From assembly GCA_016210845.1 (NCBI GenBank), contig JACQTK010000209.1, positions 1 through 60,790 on the forward strand: a stretch of 60,790 bases of DNA, in the 5' to 3' direction. This document shows positions 9,709 through 18,090 of this stretch, one piece after another; position 1 is the first letter of the stretch, and every line of letters starts with the position of its first letter. Below the pieces are notes generated by a model. The model was not told the origin of the DNA and searched no databases. It was given only the letters and a program-made list of their open reading frames with translations. A program made the position numbers and the translations under genes. Source of the DNA: Acidobacteriota bacterium. GTDB lineage: Bacteria; Acidobacteriota; Vicinamibacteria; Vicinamibacterales; UBA2999.

Positions 9709-9888
9709 TTGGGGCCGACCTTCAGGTCGGCCCTTGGACCGCTATGGCCCGAAACGCGAATTTCGTACTCGTTGCGTCCGACCGCATAGCGGTCCGGGCG
9801 CGCGGAGCGCGCCAAGCAGACACTGTCAACCAGCCAAGGGCTCGCTTCCGCAAGCAACGGGATATCAGGGGCGAGCCCTTGGCTGGTT
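9709..9888. repeat. mosaic palindromic element in the murG-murC spacer
   Basis: Modules: gggccgacct-tc-aggtcggccc (9712-9733); ggaccgctatg / catagcggtcc (9736-9746 / 9785-9795); ggcgcgc-gga-gcgcgcc (9797-9813); and a perfect 18-bp inverted repeat aaccagccaagggctcgc / gcgagcccttggctggtt (9828-9845 / 9871-9888). A related copy in reverse orientation lies at 50050-50154. Confidence 0.7.
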
Positions 9889-10983
9889 CCCCCGTGCCAA
9901 CGCGAGGACGCGGTCGGCGATGACCCTGGCGGCGTCGGGCCGTGCCAGGCGACGCGCCGCCTCGCTCATTCGTCTCCGCGCCTCGCGATCGGAGGCGAGC
10001 GCGAGAATCTCCGCGGCCAGGCGCTCGCCGGAGAGCTCGCGCTGCTCCACCATCCGCGCCGCGCCCCGCCTGGCGAGCGCCTCCGCGTTCTTGCGCTGGT
10101 GGTCGTCGGTGGCCGTGGGCAGCGGCACCAGGATCGACGGCCGCCCGCAGGCCGTCAGCTCCGCCAGCGTCGTTGCGCCCGCGCGGCAGACCACGAGGTC
10201 CGCCGCCGTCATCTCCCGATCCATCGCGAACAGAAACGGCTCGACCCGGGTCTCCAGCCCGGCCCGCCGGTAGCCGTCCCGGACCATTTCCAGATCGCGC
10301 TCTCCCGTCTGGTGCGTGAGCACCACTGGTGCGTCGGCGGCGGCCAGCCGCGGCGCCGCCTCCACCATGGCCACGTTGATCGCGTGCGCGCCCTGAGAGC
10401 CGCCAAAGACTAGAACCCGCGCCGCCCCTGGCGGCCGATCGTCATCCCCATGAGTCCCCCTCTCCTCGAAGAATTCCCGCCGCACCGGATTGCCCGAGAC
10501 GAACGCCTTGTCGCCGAAGAACCGCACGGTCTCCTCGTAGGTCACGGCGGCCGCCTTGACCACGGGCGCCAGCAGCCGGTTGGTGAGTCCGGGCATCGCG
10601 TTCTGCTCCATGAGCAGCGTGGGAATGCCCCGCACGGCGGCCAGCAGCATCACGGGCCCGGAGCTGTAGCCGCCGACGCCCAGCACGACCTCGGGCTTCC
10701 GCCGCGAGATCACCTGCCACGCGTCGCGGGCGCTCAGCGGCAGCAGTGCGAGTCCTCGCAGCAGCGACCCTGGCGACTTCCCCTTGAGCCCCGCGCTCCG
10801 GATGACGTCGAGCGTGAGGCCCTCGCGCGGCACGACACGCGCCTCGAGGCCCGCCGCCGTCCCCACGAACGTCACCCGCGCCGCGGGCGCGCGCGCCAGC
10901 AGCTCCCGCGCCACGGCAATGCCCGGATACAGGTGGCCTCCCGTGCCACCACCGGCGATCAGCACCGACAAGGGCACGCTCAC
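9865..10983 (-). CDS. murG: undecaprenyldiphospho-muramoylpentapeptide beta-N-acetylglucosaminyltransferase
   Basis: 372 aa. Contains GGTGGHLYPGIAVA and the C-terminal nucleotide-sugar binding region. Sits in the expected dcw position. Confidence 0.95.
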   Translation of the reverse strand: MSVPLSVLIAGGGTGGHLYPGIAVARELLARAPAARVTFVGTAAGLEARVVPREGLTLDVIRSAGLKGKSPGSLLRGLALLPLSARDAWQVISRRKPEVVLGVGGYSSGPVMLLAAVRGIPTLLMEQNAMPGLTNRLLAPVVKAAAVTYEETVRFFGDKAFVSGNPVRREFFEERGTHGDDDRPPGAARVLVFGGSQGAHAINVAMVEAAPRLAAADAPVVLTHQTGERDLEMVRDGYRRAGLETRVEPFLFAMDREMTAADLVVCRAGATTLAELTACGRPSILVPLPTATDDHQRKNAEALARRGAARMVEQRELSGERLAAEILALASDREARRRMSEAARRLARPDAARVIADRVLALARGNQPRARP

Positions 10984-11017
10984 TCCGTCGCACCGACACG
11001 TCGCTCCATCGCACCGT

Positions 11018-12118
11018 TCACCCGTCGGTCGCCTCGTGCTGCGAGATGTTGAGCAGCACGCCGATCCCCAGGAGGCTGACGAGCAGCGACGATCCGCCGT
11101 TGCTGACGAGCGGCAGCGGAATCCCCTTGGTCGGCATCATGCCGAGCACGACGCTCATGTTGACGAACGCCTGCGCCGCGACCATCGTGGTGAGGCCGAG
11201 CGCCACGAACGAGCCGAACGGATCCTCCGCGCGCACGGCGATCCGCATGCCGCGCCACGCAATCACGCAGAAGCAGATCAGCACGCCGCTGGCTCCGATC
11301 AGCCCGAGCTCCTCGCCAATCACGGCGTAGATGAAGTCAGTGTGCGGCTCGGGCAGGTAGAAGAGCTTCTGGACGCCCGCCATCAGCCCCAGCCCGCGGA
11401 CGCCGCCCGTGCCCACCGCGATGAGCGACTGAATCACCTGAAAGCCGTCGCCGAGCGGATCCGCCCACGGATCCCAGAAGGCGAGCAACCGCCGCCGACG
11501 GTACGGCGCGCTCACCAGCACGACGTACAGCACCGGGAGCGTCGCCAGGATCGTGCCGATGAAGTAGCGATAGTGCAGCCCCGCCGCAAAGACCATCATC
11601 GCGACGATGAGCAGCAGCGACATGGCGGTGCCAAAGTCCGGCTGCAGGAGGATCAGGCCGACCATTGCCCCGACCACGATACCGATCGGCAGCAGCGAGT
11701 ACTTCAGCTCGTCGATCCGGTGCATGCGCCGCTCGAGCGTCAGCGCGGTAAAGAGCACGCAGGCGACCTTCGCGAACTCCGACGGCTGGATGCCGAGCCC
11801 GCCGAACCCGAACCAGCGTCGCGTTCCGTTGACGGGCGGGCTGAACAGCACCCCGACGAGCGTGAGCCCGACCACCGCGAGCAGGCCCCACAGGAAGGGC
11901 TCGTTGCGGTACGTGCGGTAGTCGATGCGCATCGCCACCGCGAGCACGGCGACGCCGAGCGCGGCCCACAGGAGCTGCTTCGTGAGGAACAGATAGGGCT
12001 GCTGGTACCGCTCGAGCGCCACCACGGCCGAGGCGCTGTACACCATGACGACGCTGGCGCACACCAGGAGGATCGTCGCGGTGAACAGCACCCGGTCGGA
12101 CTTGAGCTTGCGCGCCAC
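11018..12118 (-). CDS. ftsW: peptidoglycan glycosyltransferase FtsW (SEDS family)
   Basis: 366 aa, polytopic membrane protein with GTG start preceded by GAGGTGAGG. Contains SEDS motifs (QPSEFAK, LPEPHTDFIY, PLPLVSNGGSS). Confidence 0.93.
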   Translation of the reverse strand: MARKLKSDRVLFTATILLVCASVVMVYSASAVVALERYQQPYLFLTKQLLWAALGVAVLAVAMRIDYRTYRNEPFLWGLLAVVGLTLVGVLFSPPVNGTRRWFGFGGLGIQPSEFAKVACVLFTALTLERRMHRIDELKYSLLPIGIVVGAMVGLILLQPDFGTAMSLLLIVAMMVFAAGLHYRYFIGTILATLPVLYVVLVSAPYRRRRLLAFWDPWADPLGDGFQVIQSLIAVGTGGVRGLGLMAGVQKLFYLPEPHTDFIYAVIGEELGLIGASGVLICFCVIAWRGMRIAVRAEDPFGSFVALGLTTMVAAQAFVNMSVVLGMMPTKGIPLPLVSNGGSSLLVSLLGIGVLLNISQHEATDG

Positions 12119-12697
12119 CTCACCTCACGGGCCGACCTACAGGTCGGCCCCCTACGAGAACCGCGGTATCCCGACCACCGACCCCATGCAGGGGCCGGCC
12201 GGCCGGCCCTCACGCCCTAAAGCCGAGCTCGCCTCGGCCCGAAACACACCTTGCGCGCCGGAATTCCAATACCGTGCTTCGCAGGGGCCGGCTTCCGGGC
12301 TGCGATGCAGGGTGGATCGCCGATCCACCTGCGCGCGTCTTCTCGCCGCCGGGTCTCACGACCCGGCGCTACGTGCCCGGGATCGCGTAAGATCTCGATC
12401 CCGCGCCCGTCGTCGAGGCGGACCGCTCGGGGCCCCCGCGGCGCCCGCGCCGTGGGGTGCGGGATCCGCCTGGCGTGAGCGGTCAGCAGTCATCAGCCGG
12501 CCCGTGGGACAGGACACCGACCTCGCAGACCGGGGTAGTCTGCGCTCCCAGCGGTCAGCTCCTGCCCGCGCCGAGCCGACTGACGACTGCTCACCGCTCA
12601 CACCTCCCGCGCAGGCTAAAGCCTGCGCTCTACAGGCGAATGAGCTATCCACCTGTAGAGCGGCGGCTTTAGCCGCCGCAGTCACCGGCCGGAACGG
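12119..12697. repeat. 579-bp hairpin-dense non-coding block between murD and ftsW
   Basis: At least eight inverted repeats are present. Examples: 12129-12150 (GGCCGACCT family), 12307-12332, 12348-12367, 26-nt arms 12475-12500 / 12576-12601 (23/26 complementary), and a composite 12609-12679 that is also found at 35996-36066. Confidence 0.7.
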
Positions 12698-14071
12698 TCA
12701 CCCGCTGTACCCCCCGCGTGCCAACCGGGCGACCTCCTCCTTGAACGTCTCCCCCCGCTCCGCGTAGTCGCGGAACCAGTCGAAGCTCGCGCAGGCGGGC
12801 GCGAGCAGGACCACGCCGTCGGGCGCCGCAGCCTGGTAGGCCCGCTCCACCGCCTCGCGCATCGAGTGCGCCTCGACGATCGGCACCACGCCTTCGAGGG
12901 CGGCCCGCACCAGCGGCGCGGCCTCTCCAACGGCCACGACGGCCCGGCCGTGCTCCGCCAGTGGCGCGCGCAGCTCGCGCAGGTGGCCGCCCTTGAACCG
13001 CCCGCCCACGATGGCCACCACACCGCGCGGAAAGCTCTCGATCGATCGGCATGCCGCCTCGACGTTGGTCGCCTTCGAGTCGTTGACGAACCGCACGCCC
13101 GCCACCTGTCCGGCCGGCTCCATCACGTGCGCGAGACCGCGGAAGCCACGCAGCGCCTCTACCATCGCCGTTGACGGCGCGCCGGCCAGCGAGGTCGCGG
13201 CCGTGGCGGCCAGCACGTTGTTCAGCATGTGACGTCCCGTGAGTTCGACGGCGGCCAGTGGCACGAGCCGCTCGATTCCCGCGGCGGTTCGCTTGACGAT
13301 CCAGTCGCCGTCGACGACGACGCCCTCGGCGATTCCGCCGGAAAGCGCGAACGGCATCCGACGGGCCGCGATGCCGGCCGAGCGCTCCATGACGGTCCGG
13401 TCGTCCGCGTTCACCACCGCCCAGTCGTCGGCCGTCTGGTTGGCGAAGATTCGCGCCTTCGCGGACGCATAGGCCCCCACGCTGGGATGACGGTCCAGAT
13501 GGTCCACCGCGAAGTTGAGCCACACGGCAATCCACGGCCGGAAGCTCGTGGTCGTCTCGAGCTGAAAGCTGCTCGTCTCGACCACGTGCACGGTGTCGGG
13601 CGTCGACGACTCCACGTGCGCGCTGAGCGGCGTCCCGATGTTTCCGCCCACCATCGCCCTGGCCCCCGCGGCCTCGAGCATGCGACCGACCAGCGTTGTC
13701 GTCGTCGACTTTCCCTTCGTGCCGGTGATGGCAATCACCCGCCCCGCGATCCATCGCCAGGCGAGCTCCAGCTCGCCGATGATCTCGACGCCGCGCGTTC
13801 GCGCCGCCTCGAAGACCGGCTGTTCCAGCGGCACCCCCGGGCTGGTCACCACGAGATCCGCGGCCGCGAACGTCTCGGCGCGGTGGCCGCCGAGCTCCAG
13901 CGTCACGCCCAGGCCCTGCAGCCGGTCCCCTGCCTCGACGGAGCCGCGCATCTCCGAGAGCGTCACGGCCGCGCCTCTCGCCGCCAGCAGCTCCGCCGCG
14001 GCGATGCCGCTGCGCGCCGCTCCCACCACCACCACCCGGCGTCCCCGGACCGAGAAGTCGCTTGCGCCCAC
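12698..14071 (-). CDS. murD: UDP-N-acetylmuramoylalanine--D-glutamate ligase
   Basis: 457 aa with VVGAARSGIAAAELL and GTKGKSTTT motifs. Sits in the expected dcw position. Confidence 0.95.
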   Translation of the reverse strand: MGASDFSVRGRRVVVVGAARSGIAAAELLAARGAAVTLSEMRGSVEAGDRLQGLGVTLELGGHRAETFAAADLVVTSPGVPLEQPVFEAARTRGVEIIGELELAWRWIAGRVIAITGTKGKSTTTTLVGRMLEAAGARAMVGGNIGTPLSAHVESSTPDTVHVVETSSFQLETTTSFRPWIAVWLNFAVDHLDRHPSVGAYASAKARIFANQTADDWAVVNADDRTVMERSAGIAARRMPFALSGGIAEGVVVDGDWIVKRTAAGIERLVPLAAVELTGRHMLNNVLAATAATSLAGAPSTAMVEALRGFRGLAHVMEPAGQVAGVRFVNDSKATNVEAACRSIESFPRGVVAIVGGRFKGGHLRELRAPLAEHGRAVVAVGEAAPLVRAALEGVVPIVEAHSMREAVERAYQAAAPDGVVLLAPACASFDWFRDYAERGETFKEEVARLARGGYSG

Positions 14072-14075
14072 GCCA

Positions 14076-15167
14076 TCACCGCAGCTTCAGCGTCGTCAGG
14101 CTGAAGAGCGCGAAGATCACCGCCACGATGAGGAAGCGGGTGATGACCTTCGGCTCGCTCCAGCCGATCAGCTCGAAATGATGGTGGAGGGGCGCCATCT
14201 TGAAGACGCGCTGTCCGGTGAGCTTGAACGAGGCGACCTGGATGATCACCGACAGCGCCTCGATCACGAACACGCCTCCGACGATCGGCAGCAGCAGCTC
14301 CTGCTTGATCAGAATCGCCACGGTGCCGAGCGCGCCGCCCAGCGCGAGCGATCCGACGTCGCCCATGAAGATGTCGGCGGGATACGAGTTGTACCAGAGG
14401 AACCCGAGGCTCGCGCCGACCAGGGCGCCACAGAAGATCGTCAGCTCGCCGGCGGGCGGAAAGCGTACCAGCAGCAGGTAGTCGGCGAGCACGGCATGCC
14501 CCGTCACGTACGCCAGCGCGGTGAACGCCGCCGCGGCCACGCCGAACGTGCTGATCGCCAGGCCGTCGAGGCCGTCGGTGAGGTTGACGGCATTGGTGGC
14601 GCCGACGAGCACCAGCACGGCGAACGCCACGTAGAAGTAGCCGAGATCGGGAATGAGGTTCTTGAAGAACGGGAAGATCAGCCGCGTGTTGTACAGCGGC
14701 GGGTTCTGCTGGGCCAGCACCAGCACGGCGATGCCCACGAGGACGGCGACGACGATCAGCCCGCCCATCTTGTGGAGCGGACGCAATCCGTGGTGCGAGC
14801 GCCGCGTGATCTTCAGGTAGTCGTCGGCAAATCCGACGGCGCCAAAGCCCGCCGTCGCCAGGACGGCAATCCAGATGTAGGGGTTCGACAGATCCGCCCA
14901 CAGCAGCGTCGGCACCAGCGCCGACGACAGGATCAGCAGCCCGCCCATGGTGGGCGTGCCAGCCTTCGCTCGGTGCGACTGCGGGCCCTCCTGCCTGATG
15001 ACCTGACCGATCTGGAAATCGCGAAGCTTGGCAATCATCCACGGCCCGAGCAGCAGGCTGATGAGGAGCGCCGTCAGGCTGGCCGCCGCCGTGCGGAACG
15101 TGATGTAGCGGACCACGTTGAGCACGCCGAAGACCGGCTCGAGCGGCAGCAGCAGGTCGTAGAGCAT
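14076..15167 (-). CDS. mraY: phospho-N-acetylmuramoyl-pentapeptide-transferase
   Basis: 363 aa, polytopic. Contains NAVNLTDGLDGLA and HHHFE motifs. Confidence 0.97.
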   Translation of the reverse strand: MLYDLLLPLEPVFGVLNVVRYITFRTAAASLTALLISLLLGPWMIAKLRDFQIGQVIRQEGPQSHRAKAGTPTMGGLLILSSALVPTLLWADLSNPYIWIAVLATAGFGAVGFADDYLKITRRSHHGLRPLHKMGGLIVVAVLVGIAVLVLAQQNPPLYNTRLIFPFFKNLIPDLGYFYVAFAVLVLVGATNAVNLTDGLDGLAISTFGVAAAAFTALAYVTGHAVLADYLLLVRFPPAGELTIFCGALVGASLGFLWYNSYPADIFMGDVGSLALGGALGTVAILIKQELLLPIVGGVFVIEALSVIIQVASFKLTGQRVFKMAPLHHHFELIGWSEPKVITRFLIVAVIFALFSLTTLKLR

Positions 15168-16576
15168 CAGGCGAGCTCCGCCGCAATCCGATCGGCGACG
15201 AGATCCGTGCGGACGGCCCGCGACCCCTTGACGAGCACGAGGTCGCCCGCGCGCACGGCGGCGGCCACCGCCGGCGCCGCCGCCTCGCTCGTCTCGAACG
15301 ACACGACCGCCGAGGCGGGCATTCCCGCCGCCACCGCCGCCTCGCCGAGCGCGCGGGCCGGTCCGCCCCCGATGACGAACAGCAGGCGCAGGCCGGAGGC
15401 GGCCGCCGCCCGCCCGCAGTCGGCGTGCAGGCGCAGCGAGTGGCCGCCGAGCTCCAGCATCTCCCCGAGCACCGCCACCTTCCGCCGCACGCGTGTCTCA
15501 CGCGCCACCACCTCGAGCGCGCCCCGCAGCGCGGTGGGGCTCGAGTTGTAGGAGTCGTCGATCAGCGTGACGCCACCGCGCAGCCGCCGCACGTGCCCGC
15601 GCCGCTCCGCGGGAGTCGATCGGGCCGCCGCCGCGACGATCTCGTCGAGGGGAACGCCGAAGTCGAGGGCGACCGCCGCGGCGGCGAGGACGTTGAACAG
15701 GTTGCCTCGGCCGAGAAGCGGCGTCTGCAGCCGCCGTTCGCCGGCGGGCGTCGTCACCAGCGCGCGCATCCCGTCGACGCCCAGGTCCTCGACCTCCCGC
15801 GCGCGGACGGTGGCGCCCTCCGCCGTGCCGAACGTCAGCGTGCGCCCCGCGAAGCCGCCGACCCTCGCCATCACGCGGGGATCGTCGGCGTTGCACACCA
15901 GCACGTGGTCGGGGCGGGCGCGCTCGAGGACTTCCGCCTTGGCGTCGGCAATCGCCTCGGGCGACGCAAAGAAGCCCAGGTGCGCGTCGCCGACGTTGGT
16001 CCACACGCGCATCTCGGGCTCGGCAATCGCCACCAGCGTGCTGATTTCCCCCGCGTGATTCATCCCCAGTTCCATCACCGCCACGTCGGGCGCCTCTTTG
16101 AGCTGCATCAGCGACAGCGGCAGCCCGATGTGGTTGTTCAGGTTCCCCGTGTTCTTCACCACGCGAAGGCGTCGGGAGAGAAACTCCGCAATCGTCTCCT
16201 TCGTGGTCGTCTTGCCCGCGCTCCCCGTAATGGCGATCACCCGCGTGCCGCTCGACATCCGCACCGCGTGGGCGAGCTCCTGCAGCGCCTTGGTCGTATC
16301 GGCGGCCTCGACGAGCGCGAAATCCTGGCGGGCCGTAAACGCCCGCCCCACGAACCCGCGCTCCACCAGTGCGCCCATGGCCCCTTTGGCCATGGCCTCG
16401 CCGACGAACTCGTGTGCGTCGAACCGCACGCCGCGCAGCGCCACGAAAAAGTCCCCTGCCTGCAGCGTGCGCGTGTCGATGCAGACCCGTCCGATCTCCG
16501 TCTCCGGATCCCCGACCGCCACGCGGCCGCCCACCGCCTCGGCGACCCACCGCAGTGTGACGCGCAGCCCGCTCAC
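15167..16576 (-). CDS. murF: UDP-N-acetylmuramoyl-tripeptide--D-alanyl-D-alanine ligase
   Basis: 469 aa with GSAGKTTTKE. The stop overlaps the mraY start by 1 nt. Confidence 0.93.
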   Translation of the reverse strand: MSGLRVTLRWVAEAVGGRVAVGDPETEIGRVCIDTRTLQAGDFFVALRGVRFDAHEFVGEAMAKGAMGALVERGFVGRAFTARQDFALVEAADTTKALQELAHAVRMSSGTRVIAITGSAGKTTTKETIAEFLSRRLRVVKNTGNLNNHIGLPLSLMQLKEAPDVAVMELGMNHAGEISTLVAIAEPEMRVWTNVGDAHLGFFASPEAIADAKAEVLERARPDHVLVCNADDPRVMARVGGFAGRTLTFGTAEGATVRAREVEDLGVDGMRALVTTPAGERRLQTPLLGRGNLFNVLAAAAVALDFGVPLDEIVAAAARSTPAERRGHVRRLRGGVTLIDDSYNSSPTALRGALEVVARETRVRRKVAVLGEMLELGGHSLRLHADCGRAAAASGLRLLFVIGGGPARALGEAAVAAGMPASAVVSFETSEAAAPAVAAAVRAGDLVLVKGSRAVRTDLVADRIAAELA

Positions 16577-18090
16577 CCAACCCGCGACCCGAGGCGCCGC
16601 GCCTCCAGCGCTTCTCGCGCCACCGCCACGTCGTCGAACGGCAGCACGCGGCCGCCGATCTCCTGGTACTTCTCGTGACCCTTCCCCGCGACGAGCACCA
16701 CGTCGCCCGCCGACGCCCGAGTCACGGCGTGCAGGATCGCGTCGCGGCGATCGGGAATCGCGATCACCTCAGCTCCCCGCTGCCGCATCTCGGGCTCGGC
16801 GCCGCGCTTGACCTCTTCGATGATGCGAAGCGGGTCCTCACCGCGAGGGTTGTCCGACGTGATGACGACGACGTCGCTCAGGCGCGCGGCGACCATGCCC
16901 ATCAGCGGGCGCTTGGTCCGGTCGCGATCGCCGCCCGCGCCGAACACCGTGATCAGCCGGCGCGAGGCGAGCGGCCGAGCCGTCTCCAGCAGGTTTCGCA
17001 GCGCATCGTCGGTGTGCGCGTAGTCGACCACGACGGTGATGTCGTCGGCGGCCGACGAGGCCAGCTCGAAGCGTCCAGGGACGCCTTCGAGCCGTGCGAG
17101 CCCGGCGGCGACGGCATCGAGCGGGAGCCCGAGGGCAGAGGTGGCGCTGATGGCCGCCAGGATGTTGTAGACGTTCGGCTTCCCAACGAGCTTCGAGCGC
17201 ACGCGCACCGCGCCCTGAGGCGTCCGGGCCTCGAAGGCCAGCCCGTCGAGGGAAAACGAGAGAGGACCGGGCGTCACGTCCGCGGGGCGGTTGACGGCGT
17301 AGGTCACGGGCTGCCGCACCACATCCATCAGGGCAGCACCGCGCGGATCGTCGAGATTGAGCGCTGCGGGCGATTCCGCGGGCAGCATCTCGAAGAGGCG
17401 GCGCTTGGCGGCGAAGTAGTCCTCCATGTTCGCGTGGAAATCCAGGTGGTCGCGTGTGAGGTTCGTGAAGACGGCAGCGGCAAATCGCGTGCCGTCGACA
17501 CGACGCAGGGTCAGCGCGTGCGACGACACCTCCATCGCGCATGCGGCGCATCCTGCCGTGACCATCTGTCGCATCAACCCCTGTACGTCGGGCGCCTCGG
17601 GCGTCGTGCGCGTGGCGGCGATCTCGCTGCTGCCGATCCGGTACGCGACCGTCCCCATCAGCCCGCACCTGACGCCTGCGGCCTCGAAGATCGCCTGCAC
17701 CAGGTGGCTCGTCGTCGTCTTGCCGTTCGTGCCCGTGACGCCGACCACGCGCATCGCGCGGCTGGGATGGCCAAAGAACTCGGCCGCCAGCCAGGCGAGC
17801 GCCAGGCGTGCATCGTGCACGACCACCCACGGCACGGCGGCGGGCGCGGCCGGCGGGCGTTCTGCCACCACGGCCACGGCCCCCGAGGCGACAGCCTGGG
17901 GCGCGAAGTCGGCTCCATCGGCCTTCGCGCCACGCAGCGCCACGAACACCGAGCCTGGCTCCACCGTGCGCGAGTCATGCGTGATCCCCGCGCAGGGCAC
18001 GTCGAGCGCCCGGACATCGGCGGGCAGCTGCGGCCGTCGGTCTGGCGGCATCGCCTCCACCAACGCCTGCAGCAGCGCCCTGACGGTCAT
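16573..18090 (-). CDS. murE: UDP-N-acetylmuramoyl-L-alanyl-D-glutamate--2,6-diaminopimelate ligase
   Basis: 505 aa with GTNGKTTT and a DNPR motif (TSDNPRGEDP). Has 4-nt overlaps with both neighbours. Confidence 0.95.
   Translation of the reverse strand: MTVRALLQALVEAMPPDRRPQLPADVRALDVPCAGITHDSRTVEPGSVFVALRGAKADGADFAPQAVASGAVAVVAERPPAAPAAVPWVVVHDARLALAWLAAEFFGHPSRAMRVVGVTGTNGKTTTSHLVQAIFEAAGVRCGLMGTVAYRIGSSEIAATRTTPEAPDVQGLMRQMVTAGCAACAMEVSSHALTLRRVDGTRFAAAVFTNLTRDHLDFHANMEDYFAAKRRLFEMLPAESPAALNLDDPRGAALMDVVRQPVTYAVNRPADVTPGPLSFSLDGLAFEARTPQGAVRVRSKLVGKPNVYNILAAISATSALGLPLDAVAAGLARLEGVPGRFELASSAADDITVVVDYAHTDDALRNLLETARPLASRRLITVFGAGGDRDRTKRPLMGMVAARLSDVVVITSDNPRGEDPLRIIEEVKRGAEPEMRQRGAEVIAIPDRRDAILHAVTRASAGDVVLVAGKGHEKYQEIGGRVLPFDDVAVAREALEARRLGSRVG

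Noticed and set aside
12251-12685. ORFs 12251..12478 (+, 75 aa) and 12356..12685 (-, 109 aa) inside the murD-ftsW spacer.
   Set aside because: They have Ala/Arg/Ser/Gly-rich low-complexity translations that run straight through palindromic repeats. Neither has an SD or a motif, so they are treated as non-coding.
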